A stretch of DNA of 48,215 nucleotides from Octopus bimaculoides (taxonomy: Eukaryota): contig NC_068981.1 in the NCBI RefSeq assembly GCF_001194135.2, forward strand, positions 15,904,773 through 15,952,987, given 5' to 3'. Positions 11,896 through 23,432 of the stretch are shown one piece after another. The position numbers and the translations under genes were made by a program. Within the stretch, counting starts at the first letter, position 1; every line of letters starts with the position of its first letter. A model generated the notes under the pieces. The model worked only from the letters and a program-made list of their open reading frames with translations, was not told the DNA's origin and ran no database searches.

Positions 11896-12864
11896 TGCGT
11901 TGTGGGTTTTTGGTTATTGTTGTCCTTCAACCTATTACAAATAGCCTAATCTCAATTATATGCCTCAAGGTCTGTATGATTACAGTTGGGTGCCCTTCAC
12001 GTATTCTAAACGTTTTGAAAAATACGTTTTTCAGTCCTTATTACCATAGTCTATAATCAAAAATTTTCCATCCACCATTGTCTCCTTTCTTTGTAAAATG
12101 TTAACTACCTTGCCAACTGCCCTGCTCTGGTTAAAATTTTGGATATTCCTTCAAGGAGTTAGGCTGGTGTTTCGAGGAAGTAATTTGAGATTTGGATAGG
12201 ATCTAGTGATTGAATTTGCTTTCAACTTATTTCAGAATTGATGAAATCGTTATAGTCCTGCGATGGACTTCATTCATACATTCCATAAATTTCTTACACA
12301 AGGAAACTCTGTGATTACATTTATATCAATAAGTCTTTCATGTATTCGTGCGTTTAAATTAGTTATCTTTTAAGGCGAAGACAGATATGGCTATTATATT
12401 AATGGATATTAACCGCAAAGTAGTTCAAACTACTTGTCTCTTACTCTTATTTTTACAAACGTTCTCTTTTCTTTCTTTCTCTTTAAATCACAAACTGAAA
12501 GATACTACTTATTTCTCTTAGATTCCTTAATTATATCTAACATCAATTGGATGCTGTCCAATTACGTTCACCTAGTCTTCGCGAATTGGTTTCGCTCTAT
12601 ATTTCTTTCTCTTTCACCACTTTACCTGTCTGTGTCTCTGTATAACAAAATCTGTCTCTTCTCTCTTCCTCTCTTTCTCTCTCCCACACCCACTCTTTCT
12701 CTCTCTCCCTCTCTCTTTCTTCTTATCTTTCTTTGTCTCTATCTCTCGTTCTTTCACTCTTCGCCCCTTTCCGTCTCTCTCCAGCCTTGCAGCTATTTCT
12801 CATTCAATCTTACATTCGTCTTATATTTATTCTCTGTCTATAACATAGTCCAATTTGTACTTAC

Positions 12865-12954
12865 ACCTCCATTTTCAGGTTCTGCATATCCCCCGGTATA
12901 TCGCATTGACGCTCTGCGAGCACGCTTTACATTTTTAGCTTTCTTCGCCATTTG
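12865..12954 (-). CDS. Candidate internal coding exon, 90 nt, phase 0/0: QMAKKAKNVKRARRASMRYTGGYAEPENGG (gene unidentified)
   Basis: Acceptor ...TTTTTTTCTCTATTTTCAG| and consensus donor |GTAAGT. Length is a multiple of 3, the frame is open, the segment is GC/CpG-richer than its flanks, and it matches no repeat seen here. Confidence 0.55.
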
Positions 12955-14729
12955 CTGAAAATAGAGAAAAAAAGAAGATAAAAGTTTAAATACGTCTACG
13001 AGATTTGCAAACACTCCCACCTCTCTTTACTAAAATCGTGCCGTATGTTGTGTAACAATTGAGGAAACGTCCATTTCTGTACATACACATTTTATCCCTC
13101 ACTGCAGGAAATACGCTCCTGTACAGAAAACTGAACCAAATACAATTTTGTAAATGAGTACCCAGCTGTACGGCGGCACCATTTTATCGGCAGCTACAAC
13201 ATTCGAAATGCTTGGTGAATGTTAAGAGTCAATCATACATTACCTGAGACAACATCAAAACTACTGGCCTACTTATCTGATGCCATATTGAATGAGTCTA
13301 ACCTTTTTTTCTGTTTACTAGTTGGTACACAAATTGTTAGTGATAGTTTACAAGGCATTTCTTTTACGATAACAGAACAAGAGAAATTAATTTTTGCAAC
13401 ACAATAATGATATATACATTATGAAAGAGTTTATAACATTTATTTAATATATTTTTACTTTATAATTCTTCTGGAGAAAGTATTTATACCACTTGTTATT
13501 GATATTTCATAATCTGAACCAATAGTTTAAATATTAGGCAATATATTTCTTTATAAATTCTGGACAAACATTTGCACTCGGAAAATAACTTCCAATTTTT
13601 CTTTCATTTCCAAAGATTTAAAGAATTGTATTAGAAATTACAGGAATTCAAAAAGAAGTAGTTTAGATTCTCTTTCAAAGCTTTAATATCTCAAGCCCAC
13701 GGTTCAATTTTCATCAAAATGTAATCTATTTTCTTATGGTCTCGCAATGACAGATATTTAAGGAAATTCCATTACATTCTTTCAAAAACTCCTACATGGA
13801 TTTCATTTTACGAGTGGATATAGCAACAGCGGCATAAATTAAAACAAACTAATATCTTCACGTATTATGTATCGTTTTGATTTTTCCTTCGATTATTGTG
13901 AAGTTGTTTTGGCTATATTTGTGAGCGTTCTATTCACGTGCTATACAATAAGTGAAATCATCCGTCTCTGAACTATTAATGACGGGTAGACATAATAGAA
14001 ATCATGCGCCAAGTTGGATGGTGCATCACGTAATCAAATGAGCATATGAGATTCGATATGTAGGTGCTTGCTTATCATTTGACAAACGAAAAGAGACAAG
14101 TGGATATGAGTAAGAGCAGGAAATAGCAACCATATGATTAAGATTTAAGTGAGACTGTAACAGCAAGTTCAGGGAGTGGAGTTTTAGACAGCTTAACATA
14201 TGGAAATTGGTTTCATGTGAACGAGAGAGCTCAAAAGAAGGCAACCAATGCAAGAAAATAAAATAAGCATGAAAGCACCAACGAAGGAAGGAAGAAAAGA
14301 AAAGGATGAAAAGGAGAGTGAATAAATGAATGAACGAGTGAAGAAATGATAGTAACAAATAAAAAGAAAACGACTGAACGAGGAAAGGAAAGACAGAAAG
14401 TGGGAAGTGGAATTTAGAGAAAGGAAAGATTGAAAGAACGACAGAACTGAAAAAAAAAAGACTATGGCAGAAATGACCAGGAACAAAGAGAGGGTGACAG
14501 AGAAAGTAATAGTAATTAGTAAACAGATTTTCTTCATGTTAATATGAGATTTGATGAATTTAATAAACGTTGATGAGGTAACCTTGTAATTGTAGTAAGA
14601 GTGACCAATAAGAGAAAAGAATTATTAACGGGGAGATAACCAGTGCGTTAACGATAAGCGTTTACGATAAGCTTTTATATTCCTCTTTATCTATGAATAT
14701 CTCCTGAATCGGTTATAAGTGTTTCTCTG

Positions 14730-14880
14730 TAACCCGATGAGATTGCAGAATTGTTACATCGTCGCTATAAATACCTTGCAGTATTTCTTGTGGCGTTTTA
14801 ACATTTGTGTTCATATCCCTCCGAGTTCATATTTAAATTTCAATCCTCTAGGATCGATAAAATACAATACCATTCGAGTA
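14730..14880 (+). mobile_element. SINE family B, old degenerate copy
   Basis: GATGAGATTGCAGAATTGTTA...TTTCAATCCTCTAGGATCGATAAAATACAATACCA aligns by eye to family B. Confidence 0.5.
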
Positions 14881-15747
14881 CTGGAATCGGTGGAATTAGC
14901 AACAGCCGCCCATTAAAATTTCAGGGCGTGTGCCTAAATCAGAGAGCATGAATACGTTTTACTCAAAAGCTATCACATGCTAATTTAATTAAACGACATG
15001 TTATTCTGTGCTTTGGTAACGACAAGTCTCAAAATCTCATGCGTTTTTTTCTAGGGATTCTTGCAGAATATAGGATGGCACATTGTGAAGGTTGACTATA
15101 CGTGACTCAATTTCAAATTACTTCTGCTTCTTAGGCATCAGTTTGACTGTTGTGACAAGGGAACGATCAGTTACCACAGGAATAATTGTCGCTTATGTCC
15201 TCCAAAATCTCTGCAGGTCTTTGGCCTGGTACTACTATTTCTCAGTTTTTTCAGCTACTTTGCTATTTATTTTCTATCATATAGTACTGCAAAGTCCATC
15301 ATCTTATCTTTTATTTTTATTTCCATCACCGATCATACTTAGTCTTCTTGCCTCAATAGCATGGTTTGCCTTAACGAGAGAAATCCCATAAAATCATACA
15401 ATAATTATTCTTTATCATAGCCTCTGGGTCGTTTTCCAACTAATATCATGAAACTTTGATTCTGCACATTCGGCTAACCTTCAAAGTACACTTGTACCAA
15501 CACAGGTTCTGCATTCGTTCTCTAAGTTTTATCAAACATTTTCTTTATTAACCTCACTCTCATGTCTTGTTCATGAGCGGCTGTAATTAGCGATTCAGTT
15601 TTCTTTTTATTTGTATTTATTTATTTGTTTTTCGTCTTTAGGTTTCTAGCTTCCAGCCATAAACAGCGCTCATTTTATTTCAACATTCTTGACTTACATT
15701 ATATATTCTTCTTATTATTCATATTATTATTGTTAATAAAGAAATAT

Positions 15748-15824
<77 letters not shown>

Positions 15825-15825
15825 T
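15748..15825. repeat. (ATT)n microsatellite
   Basis: Direct inspection. Confidence 0.97.
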
Positions 15826-17374
15826 AAAACGATCTTACGTCGTCTTCAGGGAAAGTTAATTTAATTTTTCTGCTTCTGAGAGAGGATTATTTTTACTATT
15901 TTCAAGTGACTGTCTGCTATATACATAAAATTTCATTCTCTTTGACTAAAACGGTGTTCTCAACATAGAAACACTTCATTTTTATTGAAGTATTATATTA
16001 ATAATGAACAGCTGGATCTCACAGAATGGGATCTGAGCTATCGTACATGTTTTAAGAACTTATGAATTACTTGAGTATGTACTTTATTCAAAAATGCGTA
16101 TCAAGGAACTGTTCGAGTACGATATATTTGTGGACATTGTAGAAATTAGCTTATCCTGTGTTCTGATTGGTTCTTACATTCTTGAGGCGCAATCTACTTT
16201 TGCAATAGTTTGGTACAGGAGTGCTTCATTGAGGAAGATTCAATGCATTTTCATCGTACTTTTAGTAGAATTGATATAGAACGACGCTATAAATGAGAAT
16301 GTCTTAGGCTCGAAAGTTCAAGTCTTGAGACGATACAGCACATAGGAACGATATCATATATCATAAAGATATGACCGTTGTAAAATTCCTCTTTTCTCAT
16401 TTTCTCTATTCCGTTATGATAGCTTATAATAGCATTCATGAATTCATATATACTAATTTGGTTGACGAATATGTGTGCAATAAACACGTGATAGATTGTG
16501 TGTAATTCCATACATTATCAATAGTGATATTCTATACACCTGAAGTTTCACCGTTTATTGTATATTGACAAATGAAATAGAAATTTTTGTTCTCTATTAT
16601 AATATGAAAATACCTTCATTCATTTCTTTAGTATTCAGCAGCTCCAAGGGAATTTGCAAATAATAAGTAAACAGTCATTAATTCAAGAAATGAATTATTT
16701 ACGCACCTATTCCTAAATAAAAGCTATTAGAGTAGATAATTGTGATTCATGTATGGCTATTGTTCACATTTCTGCAATGTTTGAATATTGCTATTGCAAT
16801 ATCTCTTTACATAATGGTTGGAAAATTACTCAGGAAAATTACTTTGACCTTTCCAAATGACAAAATAAAGTGAATATATGTTACTAATTTATTGAATTAT
16901 ACGTCATTTAGCAGGTGGTTTTCATAAAGAGAATCGTTAGAAACCAATGTTATATTACATTCCCGAGAAGATAGCCCATTATCAAGAATACCGTCTATGC
17001 ACTTTTAGTTCATTGCAAACAAATACAGAGAAATACCTGTAAAGCATACATTATAAACGTGGTTGTTAATGATTCAAGGAAATGTGTAAAAGATAGCATA
17101 AGTGATATATGGAATGATAATTACGAAAGACTTTACCCAAAGTATGATGATATACCAAAACCTACTAACAGAGCAAAGTGAATATGGAATACTTATTACT
17201 ATATAGACACAAGGCCAGCAATTTTGACAAGAGGCGGTTAACTGATATCATGAACAATATCAATTGTTTGATAGTTAAAAGATAAAAAATAGTTCTTTCC
17301 AACATATAAAACCACTTTTATTATTATATCGGGCTTCGTACTTGTAAATGCCTGAGTGGTATTTCGTTTGTCTT

Positions 17375-17775
17375 TACAGAGCTGGCAGTATCGTTAGCAC
17401 GCTGGACAAAATGCTTAGCGGAATTTCGTTCGTCTTTACGTTCCGAGTTCAAATTCTGTGGAAGTCGACTTTGTTTTTCATTTTTCATTTTCAGGGGTCA
17501 TTTAAAACAAATACTTGATGAAAACTGGAGTTGATGTAATCGGCTTACTCCTTTTCTTAAAAACTTGCTCGCATTGTGCCGATCTTTGAAACAAGTGTGC
17601 TCAAAATTGCTTAGCGGCATATCGTACGTCTTTACGTACTGAGTTCAAATTCCGCCAAGGTTGACTCTAACTTTCGTCCTCTTGCGGGTCGATAAAATAA
17701 GTATCGGTTAAACACTAGATTAAATGTAATAGATTAGTTGCTTCCCGCAAATTTCAAGCCGTGCCTACAGTACAA
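17375..17775 (+). mobile_element. Two tandem SINE family B copies (about 17375-17590 and 17603-17775)
   Basis: AGCTGGCAGTATCGTTAGCACGCTGGACAAAATGCTTAGCGG...GAGTTCAAATTC. The second copy restarts at AAATTGCTTAGCGG. Confidence 0.85.
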
Positions 17776-17782
17776 AGGATTA

Positions 17783-17806
17783 TCAGTAGTACTACTGTTG
17801 TTGCTG

Positions 17807-17862
<56 letters not shown>

Positions 17863-17986
17863 GTTGTTGTTGTTGTTGTTGTTGTTGCTGTTTCTGTTGT
17901 TGTTGTTGTTGTTGTTATCATCATCAGTAGTAGTAGTAATAGTAGTAGTCGTAGTAGTGGTGGTGGTGGTGGTGGTGGTGGTACCG

Positions 17987-18019
<33 letters not shown>

Positions 18020-18040
18020 TTACTGCTATTGTCATTATTA
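17783..18040. repeat. Compound trinucleotide array (ATT/GTT/AGT/GGT/ACT)
   Basis: Direct inspection. Confidence 0.97.
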
Positions 18041-19479
18041 CTTTAGAAAACGAAACTATTCTATTCCTCAAATGTGCAAGAGAATCAGGTACAAGAAGTA
18101 CTTGGGAAGACTATTCTCAAATTTTCCTGCAATTATTAGCTCAATCAATATAAATTATATGATTCATTGTTCTCTTACTGTTTTAAAGTATATCTCAATA
18201 ATGGACGCTGCTATTTTGGAGATAAGTCAAAATATATTTCTGTGTAAGATTAACAATCTTATCGCTTGTCATTAATCTAATTGTCAAAATGACAATACGA
18301 TAGTTGATTTTAATAATAATTGTGAATGATACTATTCACAACTTATTTCAGTTATTATTGGAAATTGTTACTTACACAATGACAGTAGTACATGTAGATC
18401 AAGATATGAGAAAAATATTACATTTCAAGTGTAAAATATTGCTAAATGTGTTACGGCCCTTATACTTTTCAGCGAAGTTCCTGAAATATACAATTAATGA
18501 TGCATCCAAATAAAGGAAATTACCTGTCATTTGAGGACATATACATTGATAACGAATGTAGTAGGACATATCATAAAACTGACGATTGTTTATCGGGTTT
18601 AAAGATATGGTGTCTTAGAGAGACGGTTCATTTAATCTGAAAACAATTGTTATCGTGACTAAGTTTATATTTAAATCTTTAAATTCACAAAAATGCCTCG
18701 CCAATAATACACAGCATACGAATGTATATATCTATTAGTCTATCTTTCTGCATTTGTGTGTGTTGATTTATATGTCTCATAATAATGTGTCTTTTTTTTT
18801 TTTTTTTTTTTTTGATGTGGACGACATCAAAGCTGATTCCTTTCTATGAACTAGTAAAGGTCACGTAATGTTTGATTGATGAAACGCGATACATGATCTC
18901 GACTGACAGAAATATAATCCATGAATCACAAGAAATGCTTTGTGTAAAGAAGTTCAAGTACATTTATATAAATGTGTGTATGTCTATATGTCTGTGTATG
19001 TGTATGTTTGTGTGTGCGTACGTGTGTGTGAGTGCGTGTGTGTATATATATATGTGTGTGTGTATGTGTGTGTGTGTGCGTGGGTGTGTGTGTGTCTCTA
19101 GGAGTGTGTGTCTATGAGTGTGTGTCTAGAGGTGGTGATGATCGTGGGGTCATTAACTCCTGATGGAATCGTAGATGCGCTGACGTGATATACTACGTGT
19201 CATAGACATTTTAAACCTGGCGTATCCCCGCTTTCCACGTCGTATCTTTCTCTTTCTTCTCTCTCTCTCCCCCTCTCTCCCTCTCTCCCTATATATATAT
19301 GAGCATGTGTATGGAGAGAGACACGCACACAGACAGAGAGAAAGAGACACAGAGACATATTGCTAGCAGGTGGAGCGATACCTATGTTTATGTTTACCAT
19401 GACTGATTAGACGGCTATCAGCGGAAAAGAAAAAAACAGTAATTAAAATGTAAATATAGGTGTATCTTTATTCTTTTAT

Positions 19480-19713
19480 TGTTTTAATCTTTTATTAGTT
19501 CACTTGTTTCAGTCGTTTGACTGCAGCCATACTCTAGCACCACCTTAAAAGGTTTCTTTTTTTTTTCAGTGGAAGAAATTGACCCCAGGGCTTATTCTTT
19601 GTAAGCCTAGTATTTCTTCTATCGGTTTTTATTTTTTGCCGAACCGCTAGGTTACGGGGATGTAAACACACCAACATCGGTTGTCAAGCGATGGTGTGGA
19701 GACAAACACAGAT
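19480..19713 (-). mobile_element. SINE family A, 3' half
   Basis: Reverse complement of the family A tail (TTGTTTCAGTCGTTTGACTGCAGCCAT...GTAAGCCTAG...GCCGAACCGCTAGGTTACGGGGATGTAAACACACC). Confidence 0.85.
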
Positions 19714-20802
19714 ATTTATCCTACTCGAATTTTGATAACAAAAACAGTGTTGCATGATTTTTAAAGCTCTGTATTTAGTGTATTATTTTTAGTAAATGCA
19801 CGCATGCGCACATGCACGCACACACCACACACATGCACAGCCACACACCACACACATGCACAGCCACACATTTAATAACTGTATATGTGTATATGTATAA
19901 ACACATATATAATTATGTGTATATATGTATATGTAGAGACACATATATAATTTTGTGTATATACGTATAAACACATATAGTTTTGTGTAAATTATGTTAT
20001 CGAGCTTATGTGTAAATGTATGCGTCTGTACGAGCGCGTGGAAAATAAACACGGACGTACACACACATTGTTTAATTTTTTTTTCTTTCGATGTATTGTA
20101 TAAAAGTTTTACTTAAAACATTACATAAATAGTAACGTAATTTCATGACTTCGCACGTATGGAATTTAAGACATTTGTAATATTACCATCATGCCAGAAA
20201 TGAAATCAAAAACGTGAGCTTGAGGCAGTCGTATTTTTGCACGTATCGTTCGCAAAGATTGATAAGCAAACGAAAACAAGAATAAGAATTTCTTTTTCAA
20301 ATTTTCATTTCATATATAAAAAAGATATTCAAAGAAGGAAATTTTCAAAAGGTAAACAAGGTCGCTTTTATAACTGATGATTGGAAAAAAGTAAATCTGA
20401 CAAGTGGAATTCAGAGGCTTTCAGTTATTTTGTATTAAAGAATATTCCACATTTATATCGGGTCCTGTACTTTAAATGAATCAACAGAGATTTCTTTCTT
20501 ACTTCAATATGTATGTTGTTATGCACCTATGTGAGACTCTTTCAAGGTTAATAACACAATGTGCGGCGTTAAGTTTGATATAAAAATTAGCTTTTGACAC
20601 AAATACTGCATCCGTCGCCAATTGATTTTACTTATGCCTACTAGCTATTTGCGACATCAGAGTCTGAAAAGATTCTGTTATTATATATATCATAACAGTG
20701 AGAAATGACTGGCAAGCTGTGACCGGACACGTTCCACTAATCATTTCCATTAGAGTGAAATCATCTTATATGGGAATTCAGGCCTCAATGACAGACGATT
20801 AC

Positions 20803-20886
20803 CATCTTCTACGATGTATGTGCTTTCATTCACGAAACGCCTATATGAGAGGATTTCTGAAGGTTGATAAGACAGAATTCGGTGTT
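20803..20886 (-). CDS. Candidate exon, 84 nt, phase 1/1: (E)HRILSYQPSEILSYRRFVNESTYIVED(G); alternative in-frame acceptor at 20856
   Basis: Acceptors ...CCATTTTAG| (20886) or ...TCAACCTTCAG| (20856); donor GATG|GTAATC. Only one frame is open. ILSY is repeated with synonymous codon changes. Confidence 0.35.
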
Positions 20887-21079
20887 CTAAAATGGCATCC
20901 ATGTTACATAGGATATGTGGATTTTCTTCTGGTAGCAATACTGACCCCCTCAGTAATAATATATCATTTTATTATTTTATATTTTTTAGCCCAATAGCTT
21001 TAGCCATGCTGGAGCATCGCCAGTACATGTGTATGTGCGTATACCTGTATATGCGTATCTTTTCTATGTTTTAATTGTT

Positions 21080-21420
21080 AAAAATCTTCCACAGAGCGGG
21101 GAGCCAGTTCCCAACAAAGATACAAGTTTCCATCTTTGGGATGTAGTTAACACAGACCAATTCACATTTAGAACTTGAGAAAAGTGTTGCAAATTTTTAA
21201 TGTGCCACTCACAGATTGCATTTGTAAAGTCGGTCGCTATCTCTTTCTGAAAATCCCAGTTTATCCAGATACTCATTTAAGCATTTACTAACAAAACCTA
21301 GTGTTCCAATTATTATTGGTATGGATATGAATTCATGGTATGTATATAGAAGCTCGAGGTTTCGAAGCAGATGTCCATAGATAACTTCTTTTTCTTTGAA
21401 TTTCAAAGAGATATTCGCAA
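21080..21420 (-). mobile_element. 3' fragment of an RLE-type non-LTR retrotransposon (R4/Dong/NeSL-like)
   Basis: EKEVIYGHLLRNLELLY...IPIIIGTLGFVSKCLNEYLDKLGF then SGTLKICNTFLKF*. This resembles the C-terminus of RLE elements (PIIIGxxG). Confidence 0.7.
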
Positions 21421-22364
21421 TTGTGCATGCATGTATGTATGTATGTATGTAAGCTTCGTCTGCAATCCTTGCAGTCGTGTATGATTGTCAAGAGCAGAGC
21501 TCATTAGCCCCCAATGGAGCCGCAAATGCAAAATATAAGTTAGTGCTAGAGCGCACAATGTTCATGAAGGTCGGCTATGGTCTTCCTCGGTTACGAGTGG
21601 ACGGACATCATCATGTATGTATGTATGTATGTATGTATGTATAATTCTACGACTTCAAATTGAGTTAAAGTTCAAAGATGCAGTTTAGTACGCCAACATA
21701 TACACATATATTTACAGACGCATGGATGCGAGTATAATCATTCATGATATACAGACCTAGCTAAACTTATATATCTATGCATGTTCTTATATAAATTATA
21801 TACACGTAGACCTATGTTTTTTTTATACTAATTTATTTTTTCTACTTCTTTTCTTCTTTCTCTTCCTCTCAGGCATGTTTACTTTTTCCTTGTTGCTATT
21901 ATTCTCTTTATCTTTCTCCGCTTTATTTTCACACACCAAATATTTAATTAAACTCTTCGACCGAAAACAGCTGATAACTTCATTGTAATTAATGTTTTGT
22001 CAAAAAAATAAATAGGATGCACGGATAAAACCTGAAAATACTTATAAACTTCATTGGCTGAACAAGGCGATAACTTGATAGTTGAACACACGGTGATCTC
22101 AAAACAAACAAAAACAAAATAAGGAACGATGAACTGTGTTTTACGAAACGTATAATTATAGTTATATAAATAGATACATGTAATATAGGTGCATGCTTGT
22201 GAGTGTGTATTTGTGTATTTCTCTTTACGTAGCTATTGAGTAGATATACCTCTACATAATCATGTATGTACCAAAAGTTACGCATTCCACATTCATTTGC
22301 GCCCACATATATAAATATCTAAATTGGTTGACAGGCAGGGAAACAGAAAGAAAGAATGACAGAC

Positions 22365-22365
<1 letters not shown>

Positions 22366-22427
<62 letters not shown>

Positions 22428-22480
22428 CACACAGACAGACAGGCAATAGATAGATAGATAGATACATACATACATACATA
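22366..22480. repeat. (GATA)n/(GACA)n/(CATA)n tetranucleotide repeat
   Basis: Direct inspection. Confidence 0.97.
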
Positions 22481-23352
22481 GATGTTTTTATTCATTTATA
22501 TGCACGCACAAATTGGTTCTTATTTTTGTTATTCTTTAGGAATTTAGAAAAAGGAGCAGCTCTATTGCCTCAGGCAGTGACTGTTTTTCTTTTTTTTCTT
22601 TTAATATAACATGTCTACTTTTGGTTGATAAATGAGTGTGCATGCATAGCTGCATTATCTGAACGAATGAATAGCGTTTAATTAATTGTTATCCGCTGAA
22701 GTTAGAATGCTGCTTCCAAGAAGTGATATGAATTTACGTGATGCTAAACATCTTCAACAAAACCCCTCTCCTTTTTTCATAAAATCATTTATGAAGTATT
22801 AAATAACTGGTGTCCTCCAAATATAATATTGCTGTGTTATACTGGCAACATTACCAAATTGTCACTGTTATACACATATCATTACGAACAAATATCTCAT
22901 TGAACGATAACAGTATCAATATTGATTTCTTCAATAAAAAATTCCTTCAATTTGGAAGAATGAATGTAGACAGCTTGTTAAAAATTGATGCTGAAAGCAA
23001 GTTCTGGTATCTCACTAAAACCATTATCTATATCGTTTATTCGTTTCAGATGTTTTTCTCTCTTTCTCAAACTGACCTATAATGTCTCATGAAAGAAAGA
23101 AAAGTATACATTCTATAATTTTCTAAATAATATATTTCTCTTCTCATTAACTCAAATGTTTATTCAACGGAAGAAGAAAAAAACGAAACAACTATTTGTT
23201 ATAGTCATTACATTTTAAATTACAAATGTTTAAACGTCCGAGTTGAGTTGCTTTTATAACGATTATAATTTTCCAGGCTATTAACCTCATATCTAAATGT
23301 ATATTTACCAGTTTTGCATCGCCTTTACTTTTCGGTCTCCCATCGGTATTAC

Positions 23353-23432
23353 CTGATGTAAAACATTAAATAATGCCAAAGTACGCTGATAAGAAATAGA
23401 TTCAAAAGCCAGTGGACAGTAAAACGTAAATT
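23353..23432 (-). CDS. Candidate exon, 80 nt, phase 1/0: (E)FTFYCPLAFESISYQRTLALFNVLHQ
   Basis: Acceptor ...ATACACCTTCAG| and donor CAG|GTAATA. An alternative donor at 23309 (CTG|GTAAAT) stays in the same open frame. Confidence 0.3.

Noticed and set aside
15130-15390. Possible RTE-LINE C-terminal remnant (ARRLSMIG...RPKTCRD) on the - strand
   Set aside because: Too degenerate to support by eye.
18376-18480. Strong acceptor and GTAAGT donor 105 nt apart on the - strand
   Set aside because: Stops occur in all three frames.
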